Positions 10,355 to 18,688 of a stretch of DNA of 64,000 nucleotides are shown piece after piece; the stretch's first letter is position 1; each line of letters opens with the position of its first letter. The translations under genes were made by a program, and so were the position numbers. Below the pieces are notes generated by a model. The model was not told where the DNA came from. It was given only the letters and a program-made list of their open reading frames with translations, and made no database searches. Source of the stretch: Jiangellaceae bacterium (GTDB lineage: Bacteria; Actinomycetota; Actinomycetes; Jiangellales; Jiangellaceae); contig JBOGDS010000003.1 in NCBI GenBank assembly GCA_050743075.1, forward strand, positions 12,614 through 76,613, written 5' to 3'.

Positions 10355-12187
10355 ATGATCATGGGAACGGCGGGCACGCAGCCGTCCATGACGAGTGTCC
10401 TGATCGTGGGGGCGGGCCTGCTCGGCACCTCGCTGGGGCTCGCGTTGCGGCGGGCCGGAGTCGACGTGCGGCTGCGCGACAACGACGACGGCGCCCGGGC
10501 CGAGGCCGTGCGGCTGGGCGCCGGGCGCCCCGACGAACCAGGAGAGCCGGCCGAGCTCGCGGTGGTCGGGGTACCTCCCGCGGCGACAGCGCGTGCCGTC
10601 GTCGAGGTCCTCGACGGAGGGCTCGCCGAGTACGCCACCGACGTCGCCAGCGTCAAGGCCCAACTTGCGGAGCAGGTCAGGTCGCTCGCCCAGCAGCCGG
10701 GCCGGTACGTGGGCGGGCATCCGATGGCCGGCCGTGAGGTCTCAGGCCCCGGTGCGGCGCTGGTCGACCTGTTCGAAGGTCGCCCGTGGGTGCTCTGCCC
10801 GGACGCGGACACCGACCCGCAGGCAGTGGGCCGGGCGCTGCGGGTCGCACGGCTGGCCGGTGCCGTCCCCGTCACCATGCCGGCGAACGACCACGATGCC
10901 GCCGTCGCCCTGGTATCGCACGCGCCGCACCTGGTGGCCGCCCTCGTCGCGGCGCGGTTCGTCGACGCGCCGGCACACGAGGTCCGGCTCGCCGGCCCGG
11001 GCGTCACCGACGTCACCAGAGTCGCCGCCGGCGACCCGTCGATGTGGACCGAGATCCTCGCTGCCAACGCGAGCGCTGTGGCCGATGTGCTCACGGCCCT
11101 GCGGACGGACCTCGACAGGGCGCTGGCCGCGCTCGGATCAGCGTCACCCGGACCCGGCGGAGCTCTGACCGAGCTCCTTCGGGCCGGCGTCGACGGACGG
11201 GGCCGGCTGCCCGGCAAGCACGGCGCCCCGCCGACCGACTACGCGACCGTGGCCGTCGTCGTCGACGACCGCCCCGGACAGCTGGCGGCCCTCTTCGCCG
11301 ACGCCGGGCGCGCCGGGGTCAACGTCGAGGACGTCCGGATCGAGCACAGTCCGGGCCAGCCGGTCGGGCTGGTCGAGCTCGACGTGCGACCTGGCTCAGA
11401 CCTCGTGCTGGCCTCGGCGTTGCAGGAGGTCGGGTGGAGCGTGCACGGCGCCGCACTACCCTCGTCCCGTCCCGCGTCCGCCGCAGGAGGAGTGCACGTG
11501 CAGCAGCCGCTGTCCCTCGTCGTCGCCATCGACGGGCCGTCCGGATCGGGCAAGTCGACGGTCGCCCGCCGGGTCGCGGCTGCGCTCGGGCTGCGTTTTC
11601 TCGACACCGGCGCCATGTACCGGGCCCTCACCTGGTGGCTGATGGAGCAGGGCGTCGACCTCGCCGACCAGGAGCGCGTGGCGGCCCTCGCCACCTCCCT
11701 TCCCTTGCGGATGGGGCTGGATCCGACCAACCCGACCGTGCATGTCGGCACGACCGACGTCGGCGCGGCCATCCGGGAGACCCGCATCTCCGCCGCCGTC
11801 AGCTCCGTGGCGACAAACCTGGGCGTCCGCGCCGAGTTGGTGCGCCGCCAGCGCGCCGTCGTCGACGAGGGCGGCGTCGTCGCCGAGGGCCGTGACATCA
11901 CGACCGTGGTCGCACCGGACGCGCCCGTGCGTGTGTTGCTGACCGCAAGCGAGCATGCACGCCTCGCCCGGCGGGCGCGCGACGTGCACGGAGTCGACGA
12001 CGCCGAGGCGGTCGAGGCCACCCGCGACCAGGTGCTCCGGCGCGACGCCGACGACTCCGCCGTGGCGCGCTTCCTCGAGGCGACCGACGGCGTCGACGTC
12101 GTCGACTCGTCGGAGCTGACCCTCGACGAGGCCGTCCGTGCCATTCTCGACCTGGTTCGGCAACGGGTCGGGGTGACGCCGGCATGA
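10355..12187 (+). CDS. prephenate dehydrogenase (TyrA, with ACT domain) fused in-frame to cytidylate kinase (Cmk)
   Basis: One uninterrupted frame. Rossmann 'VLIVGAGLLGTSLG', 'GGHPMAGRE', ACT-like 'VAVVVDDRPGQLAALFADAGRAGVNVEDVRIEH', a P/S/A linker, then 'VVAIDGPSGSGKSTVARRVA...LDTGAMYRA'. The start could be 10355 or 10391. Confidence 0.8.
   Translation: MIMGTAGTQPSMTSVLIVGAGLLGTSLGLALRRAGVDVRLRDNDDGARAEAVRLGAGRPDEPGEPAELAVVGVPPAATARAVVEVLDGGLAEYATDVASVKAQLAEQVRSLAQQPGRYVGGHPMAGREVSGPGAALVDLFEGRPWVLCPDADTDPQAVGRALRVARLAGAVPVTMPANDHDAAVALVSHAPHLVAALVAARFVDAPAHEVRLAGPGVTDVTRVAAGDPSMWTEILAANASAVADVLTALRTDLDRALAALGSASPGPGGALTELLRAGVDGRGRLPGKHGAPPTDYATVAVVVDDRPGQLAALFADAGRAGVNVEDVRIEHSPGQPVGLVELDVRPGSDLVLASALQEVGWSVHGAALPSSRPASAAGGVHVQQPLSLVVAIDGPSGSGKSTVARRVAAALGLRFLDTGAMYRALTWWLMEQGVDLADQERVAALATSLPLRMGLDPTNPTVHVGTTDVGAAIRETRISAAVSSVATNLGVRAELVRRQRAVVDEGGVVAEGRDITTVVAPDAPVRVLLTASEHARLARRARDVHGVDDAEAVEATRDQVLRRDADDSAVARFLEATDGVDVVDSSELTLDEAVRAILDLVRQRVGVTPA
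11498..12187 (+). CDS. cmk: cytidylate kinase module, possible independent internal start
   Basis: AGGAGG at 11485..11490 lies 7 nt upstream of the in-frame GTG at 11498. This is an alternative reading of the downstream half of the fusion ORF. Confidence 0.4.
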   Translation: MQQPLSLVVAIDGPSGSGKSTVARRVAAALGLRFLDTGAMYRALTWWLMEQGVDLADQERVAALATSLPLRMGLDPTNPTVHVGTTDVGAAIRETRISAAVSSVATNLGVRAELVRRQRAVVDEGGVVAEGRDITTVVAPDAPVRVLLTASEHARLARRARDVHGVDDAEAVEATRDQVLRRDADDSAVARFLEATDGVDVVDSSELTLDEAVRAILDLVRQRVGVTPA

Positions 12188-12864
12188 AGGCGCCCACCCG
12201 CAGGGGCGCGGCGGCGGGCTGGCGGATCGCCCATGTCGTGATGCCGACCGGCTGGTCGGTCCGTGCCCACGACGCGCATCTGGTGCCGGCGACCGGGCCG
12301 GTGATCCTCGCGCCCAACCACGCCGGGTTCCTCGACGCTCCGCTCCTGATGGGTGCGGTGCCCCGCCCGATCCACTGCCTGACCAAGAAGGAGATGTTCT
12401 TGGGTCCGATGGGCTGGTTCCTGCGGGCCATCGGGCAGATCCCGATCGACCGCAGCGGCCCGGACCGCACGGCGCTGCTACGGTCGGCGGCCGTCCTGGC
12501 GGAAGGCCGGGTGCTCGTGGTCTATCCGGAGGGCCAGCGAGGCACCGGAGACTTCGCCGACGTGCGACCGGGTCTGGCCTGGTTCGCGTTGCGGTCCGGC
12601 GCCCCCGTGGTTCCGGTCGTGTCACTCGGGACCGGCGCCAGGGGGACGACCTGGACGGCCGTGCCAGCCGTGCGGTCACGGTTGGACGTCGTCTTCGGGC
12701 CGCCTGTGGAGGTTCCTGCCGGTGAGCGCTCCCGGGCCGCATTGACGTCTGCCAGCGAGAAGCTGCGCGACGCCCTGACCGCGCACCACGCCGCGGTGGT
12801 ACGACGGTTCGGCCAGGCACCCAGCGACGGCCACCCGGCTTCGACCGGCGAGGAGACGACGTGA
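12184..12864 (+). CDS. 1-acyl-sn-glycerol-3-phosphate acyltransferase family protein
   Basis: '[11 protein letters not shown]' (HX4D motif) and 'VVYPEGQRG'. ATGA overlap with the upstream gene. Confidence 0.85.
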   Translation: MKAPTRRGAAAGWRIAHVVMPTGWSVRAHDAHLVPATGPVILAPNHAGFLDAPLLMGAVPRPIHCLTKKEMFLGPMGWFLRAIGQIPIDRSGPDRTALLRSAAVLAEGRVLVVYPEGQRGTGDFADVRPGLAWFALRSGAPVVPVVSLGTGARGTTWTAVPAVRSRLDVVFGPPVEVPAGERSRAALTSASEKLRDALTAHHAAVVRRFGQAPSDGHPASTGEETT

Positions 12865-14264
12865 CCGACGGTTCGGGCCCGGTCGAGGACGTTCACGCGG
12901 ACGTGCTCGACGACGAGCCCTACGCCGCTGGCGACCACGACGGCCCGGTGCCTGTCGTCGCCGTCGTAGGACGGCCGAACGTCGGCAAGTCCACGCTGGT
13001 CAACCGCATCCTCGGGCGGCGCGAAGCCGTCGTCGAGGACGTGCCGGGCGTGACCCGTGACCGGGTCGCGTACGACGCGACCTGGTCCGGGCGACGGTTC
13101 ACGCTGGTCGACACCGGCGGCTGGGACCCCGAGGCCGAGGGGATGGCTGCGCGGATCACGGCGCAGGCCGAGGTGGCCGCGGCCGCGGCCGATGTCGTGG
13201 TGTTCGTCGTCGACACAACCGTGGGCACCACCGACGCGGACGAGAACGTCGTACGCGTGTTGCGGCGTGCGGGGAAGCCGGTCGTGCTCGCGGCCAACAA
13301 GGTCGACGGCCCGACGGCCGAGGCCGAAGCAGCGGCGCTGTGGAACCTGGGGCTCGGTGAGCCCCACGCCGTCTCGGCCCTGCACGGGCGGGGGAGCGGT
13401 GACCTCCTCGACGCAGTGCTCGAAGCCCTTCCCGACGCGCCGGCCGAGACCTTCGACGTGGAGGTCGGTGGGCCGCGCCGGGTGGCTCTCGTCGGCAAGC
13501 CGAACGTCGGCAAGTCAAGCCTGCTCAACCGGCTCGCGGGCGAGGACCGGGTGGTCGTCGACGCCGTGGCCGGTACGACCGTCGACCCTGTCGACGAGCT
13601 CGTGTCGCTGGGCGGGCGCACCTGGCGGTTCGTCGATACGGCCGGAATCCGGCGGCGGGTGCAGGAGGCGTCGGGTGCGGAGTACTTCGCCTCGCTGCGT
13701 ACCGCGGCGGCTCTCGATCGGTCCGAGGTGGCGGTCGTGCTGATCGATGCCAGCGAGCCGCTCTCGGAGCAGGACCTGCGGATCGTGTCGACGGTCGTCG
13801 ATGCCGGCCGCGCTCTCGTCCTCGCCTACAACAAGTGGGATCTGCTCGATGAGGAGCGCCGGCTGACCCTGGACCGCGAGATCGACCGGCAGCTGGTCCG
13901 GGTCACCTGGGCGCCGCGGGTCAACCTCTCGGCCCGGACCGGCCGGCATGCCGACCGTCTGGTGCCGGCGATCGACACCGCGCTCACGGGCTGGGAGACC
14001 AGGGTTCCTACCGGGCGGCTGAACGCGTTCCTCGGCCAGCTCGTTGCCGCCCACCCGCACCCGGTCCGTGGCGGCAAGCAGCCGCGGATCCTGTTCGCGA
14101 CCCAGGCCGGCACGCGGCCGCCGCGGTTCGTGCTGTTCACGACCGGCTTCCTCGAGGCGTCCTATCGGCGCTTCATCGAGCGCCGCCTGCGCGAGGACTT
14201 CGGTTTCGCCGGCACGCCGATCGAGGTCTCGATGCGTATCCGGGAGAAGCGCTCGCGCGCGTGA
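12861..14264 (+). CDS. der: ribosome-biogenesis GTPase Der (EngA)
   Basis: Two G domains, '[15 protein letters not shown]' and '[15 protein letters not shown]', plus a KH-like C-terminus. GTGA overlap with plsC-like. Confidence 0.95.
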   Translation: MTDGSGPVEDVHADVLDDEPYAAGDHDGPVPVVAVVGRPNVGKSTLVNRILGRREAVVEDVPGVTRDRVAYDATWSGRRFTLVDTGGWDPEAEGMAARITAQAEVAAAAADVVVFVVDTTVGTTDADENVVRVLRRAGKPVVLAANKVDGPTAEAEAAALWNLGLGEPHAVSALHGRGSGDLLDAVLEALPDAPAETFDVEVGGPRRVALVGKPNVGKSSLLNRLAGEDRVVVDAVAGTTVDPVDELVSLGGRTWRFVDTAGIRRRVQEASGAEYFASLRTAAALDRSEVAVVLIDASEPLSEQDLRIVSTVVDAGRALVLAYNKWDLLDEERRLTLDREIDRQLVRVTWAPRVNLSARTGRHADRLVPAIDTALTGWETRVPTGRLNAFLGQLVAAHPHPVRGGKQPRILFATQAGTRPPRFVLFTTGFLEASYRRFIERRLREDFGFAGTPIEVSMRIREKRSRA

Positions 14265-14592
14265 TCCGTCGCTGGACGCCAGACACGGCGAGACTGTGCA
14301 CGAACCGGTGGACAACAGGCCCTGCGCTGGGGGAAACCGAGCCGGTCCTGTGGACATCTTGTGGCCAGGAGAAGAAGGCCGAAAAAGATGCCGCCAGCCC
14401 CTTGCGCGGGGGTCGCCACGAGGGCTAGACATCTCTCACGTCACCAGCGACGAGATCCGGCTCCTGGGTTCGCCCAGGAGCACGCAGGTACCGGGAAACC
14501 GGTCCACGCGGAAGGGTCCCCGGAGCAGGTGACAAGGCTCCGCGGAGCCGGCTCGTCGAGCGATCGGTGGGTGCGGGCGATGTGGGGCTGGG

Positions 14593-14627
14593 CGAGGCCC
14601 CTCCATCTCATACATGGAGGGGCCTCG
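14593..14627. terminator. 14-bp GC-rich hairpin, likely terminator of the DUF305 gene (possibly bidirectional)
   Basis: cgaggcccctccat / ctcatac / atggaggggcctcg, 25 nt beyond the DUF305 stop. No U-tract. Confidence 0.6.
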
Positions 14628-14651
14628 TCGTCGTGAGTGCGGCGGCCACCG

Positions 14652-15347
14652 TCAGGGCGTCGAGGACGCGGCGATGTCGGCCAACAGGCCGTTCATGCGT
14701 GCGATCTCGATGCGCTGGTCTGCGTCGATGTGCTGCGCCAGCTGGAACACGGCCGGCTCCTGCCCACCGGCGCCACCTGACAGCAGCTCGTCGACCATGA
14801 CGAGCGCGCCCTCGTGGTGTCGGATCATGTACAGCAGGAAGAGCTCGTCGAAGTCGCGGCCCGTCGCCCGGCCCAACCGGTCGAGGTCGGCTTCGGTCAG
14901 CATGCCTGGCATCAGGTTGCCGGCGTCGCCGCCGTGGTGTTCGTGAGAGGACGCGTCGGGTACCTGTTCGCCGCGGTCCTCGAGCCAGCTCTCGAGCTGG
15001 ACGATCTCGTCGCGCTGGGAGACGTCCATCCGCTCGGCCAAGAGCGGGATGTCGTCGCGCCCGGTCCGGTCGGCCACCAGCGCTGTCATCACCAGGGCCT
15101 GCTCGTGGTGGTGGATCATGCCCTGGACGAACGCCACGTCGGCCGGCGTGTGGGGCGGCTCGTTGAGTGCCGAGGCTGCGTCCTCCGTCAGCTCCCGGCC
15201 GGGCTCACCGGGTGAACCGAGCTGGACGACCACTGGCGGTTCCCGCTGGTCATCGTCGGACGTGCAGCCGGCCAGCGCCACCACGCCCAGGATCGCCGCG
15301 ACGGATCTGCGTGCATGCAATGTCAACAGGGTCTCCGGGGAGGTCAC
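14652..15347 (-). CDS. DUF305-family lipoprotein
   Basis: Lipobox 'VVALAGC'. Duplicated 'MIHHHEQALVM' and 'MIRHHEGALVM' motifs. Start uncertain (GTG 15347 or TTG 15326/15320). Confidence 0.8.
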   Translation of the reverse strand: MTSPETLLTLHARRSVAAILGVVALAGCTSDDDQREPPVVVQLGSPGEPGRELTEDAASALNEPPHTPADVAFVQGMIHHHEQALVMTALVADRTGRDDIPLLAERMDVSQRDEIVQLESWLEDRGEQVPDASSHEHHGGDAGNLMPGMLTEADLDRLGRATGRDFDELFLLYMIRHHEGALVMVDELLSGGAGGQEPAVFQLAQHIDADQRIEIARMNGLLADIAASSTP

Positions 15348-15461
15348 GGCTTGTGACAGCTCTGGCCGTTCGTGCACCGTGGCAGTAATGTCTCTGCCAA
15401 TCGTACGGTCCGAGCGAGGCACCAGGCCACCGTGACGACCGCTGTGCCGGAGGTGGAAGCC

Positions 15462-17264
15462 GTGGCCAGGAAGCCAATTCCTACCGCTCGCGTCCGACGC
15501 CGCAGCCTGGCGGTCGCCGGGTCTGCGCTGCTGATGGCCGGACTGCTGCCGCTGGCGGCGTCAGCGCAGGGAGAAGATCCGCGCATCGGCCTCGAACCGG
15601 GTTACCCGGTTGCCGAGGAGGCGAGCTGGAACGTCGAGCGGCTCGCCAACGTGCCCCGCGTTCCGCCGTTCGACGCCCCGCCCAACAACTTCGGCTTCGT
15701 CAACTCCGACCTCGCGTTCACCGGCGACAACGCGATCGTCGGCAGCTTCAACGGCTTCCAGATCTACGACGTCTCAGATCCCGCGGACCCGTTCCTGCGA
15801 GGCTCGTTCGTCTGTCCCGGTGGGCAGGGCGACGTGTCGGTCTTCGGCGACCTGCTGTTCATGTCGGTCGAGGAGACGCGTGGGCGGATCGACTGCGGCA
15901 CCCAGGGGGCGCCGGGCGCAGTGAACCCGGAGCGGTTCCGCGGCGTGCGGATCTTCGACATCAGCGACATCGACGCGCCCGTTCAGGTGGCTGCCGTCCA
16001 GTTGTGCCGCGGCTCGCACACGCACACGCTGGTGACCGACCCCGACGACAGCGAGAACATCTACGTCTACAACTCCGGCACCGCCGGAGTACGTTCGCCG
16101 GACGAGCTCGCCGGCTGCATGAACAGCCCGTTGACGACGGATCCGGTGACCGACCCGAATGTGACGCTGTGGCGTATCGACGTCATCCAGGTGCCGCTCG
16201 ACGCGCCCGAGGACGCAGCGGTCGTCAGCCAGCCACGCATCTTCACCGACGAGGACACCGGCGCCTTCAACGGCCTGCAGAACACACTCCCGGGCGCGCT
16301 GCACCCGTCCGGCACTCCCTACGGGCCGCTGCCCAACACCAACACCTGCCACGACATGACCGCCTACCCGGCGCTGGGCATCGCGGCCGGCGCGTGCCAG
16401 GGCAATGGGATCCTGCTCGACATCACCGACCCGGTGAACCCGGTGCGCCTGGATGCCGTATCCGACCCGAACTTCTCCTACTGGCACTCGGCCACGCTGA
16501 ACAACGACGGCACCAAGGTCATCTTCACCGACGAGTGGGGCGGCGGCACGAGTGCCCGCTGCCGGGTGACCGACCAGCCCGAGTGGGGAGCCGACGCGAT
16601 CTTCGACATCGTGGACGGGAAGATGGAGTTCGCGAGTTACTACAAGCTGCCGGTGCCGCAGACCACCCAGGAGAACTGTGTCGCACACAACGCGTCTCTC
16701 GTGCCGGTGCCCGGTCGCGACATCTTGATGCAGGCCTGGTACCAGGGCGGCCTGTCGATGATCGACTTCACTGACTCGAGCAACCCGACCGAGATCGCGT
16801 TCTTCGACCGCGGCCCGATCAACGTGCCCAACCCGACCACGCTCAACCTCGGCGGCTTGTGGTCGACGTACTGGTACAACGGCAACGTCTTCGGAACCGA
16901 GATCGCCCGCGGCTTCGACACGTTCGCGCTGCTGGCCAGCGACCATATCTCCCAGAACGAGATCGACGCGGCCTCCGAGGTTCAGTTCGACGAGTTCAAC
17001 TCCCAGCTGCAGCCGCAGATCACGTGGGCGCCGAGCTTCGCGGTGGTCGGCTCCTACCTGGACCAGCTGGTCCGGGCCGACGACATCACCGAGAAGAAGG
17101 CCAAGCAGGTCCAGAAGGGCATCGACCGCGCCAAACGCCTCGTCGACCGAGGCCAGGACCGCGCGGCGGGTGAGGTGCTCCGCGCCACCGCGCGGCTGCT
17201 GAACCAGCCAGCTGAGAAGACGCTGCGTACCGCCCTGCAGGACCTGGCCGAGTCGCTGCGCTAA
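15462..17264 (+). CDS. secreted protein, probable beta-propeller (LVIVD-repeat-like), function unknown
   Basis: Signal peptide 'RRRSLAVAGSALLMAGLLPLAASAQG' and a long coding-like ORF. The family call by eye is tentative. Start is GTG 15462 or 15432. Confidence 0.6.
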   Translation: MARKPIPTARVRRRSLAVAGSALLMAGLLPLAASAQGEDPRIGLEPGYPVAEEASWNVERLANVPRVPPFDAPPNNFGFVNSDLAFTGDNAIVGSFNGFQIYDVSDPADPFLRGSFVCPGGQGDVSVFGDLLFMSVEETRGRIDCGTQGAPGAVNPERFRGVRIFDISDIDAPVQVAAVQLCRGSHTHTLVTDPDDSENIYVYNSGTAGVRSPDELAGCMNSPLTTDPVTDPNVTLWRIDVIQVPLDAPEDAAVVSQPRIFTDEDTGAFNGLQNTLPGALHPSGTPYGPLPNTNTCHDMTAYPALGIAAGACQGNGILLDITDPVNPVRLDAVSDPNFSYWHSATLNNDGTKVIFTDEWGGGTSARCRVTDQPEWGADAIFDIVDGKMEFASYYKLPVPQTTQENCVAHNASLVPVPGRDILMQAWYQGGLSMIDFTDSSNPTEIAFFDRGPINVPNPTTLNLGGLWSTYWYNGNVFGTEIARGFDTFALLASDHISQNEIDAASEVQFDEFNSQLQPQITWAPSFAVVGSYLDQLVRADDITEKKAKQVQKGIDRAKRLVDRGQDRAAGEVLRATARLLNQPAEKTLRTALQDLAESLR

Positions 17265-17270
17265 GGCGCT

Positions 17271-17334
17271 GATGCGGTCCAACTCCGCGAATGGCCGGCC
17301 GAGTCCGGTTTCGTTCGCGGAGTTGGACCGCATC
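17271..17334. repeat. perfect 21-bp inverted repeat with 22-nt spacer (probable terminator hairpin)
   Basis: gatgcggtccaactccgcgaa (17271..17291) and ttcgcggagttggaccgcatc (17314..17334). Begins 7 nt after the TAA stop at 17262..17264. Confidence 0.7.
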
Positions 17335-17640
17335 GTTCGGGTTGGTCGGGGGTGGCGGTGTGTTCCATCAGGAGCCGAGCGGTATGGAGTGTCCCGCTCC
17401 TGGCTCTGTCAACCGAGGTGCCTAGGGTATCCGGACGTGGATCGTCCGGAATTGGGCGTCCGGTTCCTGGCATGCCTATCGCACGCTTCCCAGGCATGGA
17501 CTGACTCGGGCGGCCGAGGAACCCTGGGGTTCGACCAGATCTCACGCCCTCGCGGCACGTCCGCGCACGTGAGCGGATGTTCCCAGCGGATCTACACTGC
17601 CTCCGTCCTCCCTGACTGAGCCATTCAGACGGGAGACGCC

Positions 17641-18215
17641 ATGAGCGAATTGGCGACCGAGCCACTCAGTGCCGCGACATGGATTGCGTTCGTCCACCTG
17701 GCGGAGAAGCACCATGGCGTGTGGAACGGTTGCTGGTGCACCTGGTTCCATCGGGCCTCCACCGAGAGGGCCAGGGCTTCGAGGGTAACCGCGCGTACAA
17801 GGAGCGTCTGGTTCGCGAAGGCAGGGCTCATGCGGCCTTGGTCTTCGACGGTGATGTCGCGGTGGCGTGGTGCGAGTACGGTTCTCCGGCTGAGCTTCCG
17901 AACATCTACCACCTGAAGGAGTACAACGCGGGCCTCGACAAGGCGCCCGACTACCGCCTCACGTGCTTCTTTGTCGACAGGGACTACCGGCGCACGGGCG
18001 TCGCTGGCGTAGCGCTTCGTGGCGCCCTGGAGCTGATCGCAAAGGCGGGCGGTGGGGTGGTGGAGGCGTACCCACAGGACACGCAGGGCAAGAGGACTTC
18101 GGGCTCCTTCCTCTACAACGGCACCCGCAGTCTCTTCGAGAAGGCCGGCTTCAGCTACGAGCGGTCCAAGGGAAAGAACCACTGCGTGATGCGCCTGACG
18201 GTCTCACCCAGCTAG
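17641..18215 (+). pseudogene. GNAT-family N-acetyltransferase with one frameshift
   Basis: N-terminus 'MSELATEPLSAATWIAFVHLAEKHHGVWNGCWCTWFH' is in one frame. 'EGQGFEGNRAYKERLVREGRAHAALVFDG...FFVDRDYRRTGVAGVALRGALE' is in another. The switch lies near 17748..17765. Confidence 0.7.
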
Positions 18216-18423
18216 GACACAGCGCGACGGAGCCTGGACGCACGCACCTCGGCACGTCAATACGTTGGCGGATGCGCCGGACGGCTGTCCGTGCCGACCC
18301 GGTCGGGCCGATCCGATCGTGTGCGGGCGATCGCCTGAGACGCGTCGGAGGGTGGTTCAGCGTCGAGCCCGTGCCGTTCTTCGTCTACTGAGGCACGGCA
18401 TGTCGGACGCTCCGGTTCTACCG

Positions 18424-18497
<74 letters not shown>

Positions 18498-18688
18498 GCC
18501 GCCGTCGCACGCCACAGCCAGCTGCGTCGGGGCGGTGAAACACTACCGTATGGCGCAGGGTCCGACGTCGCGTGACGATCTTGAGGCGGGACTGCCACCG
18601 GGCCGCCGTCACCACGTCGAGATCGTGGCGGGATGCCGCGCCGACACCGCGTTGCCAACTGCATCGATTGTGGGGTAGGCCCTAGGCC

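Noticed and set aside
14270-14592. SRP RNA, RNase P RNA, or a cobalamin/TPP/other known riboswitch in the der downstream spacer.
   Set aside because: The hallmark motifs were not found: SRP GGAAGGAAGCAG-type loop, RNase P GAGGAAAGTCC, the B12 box, and the TPP CTGAGA...ACCTGA. 'ccacgcggaagggtccccggagcagg' only superficially resembles the SRP domain IV loop.
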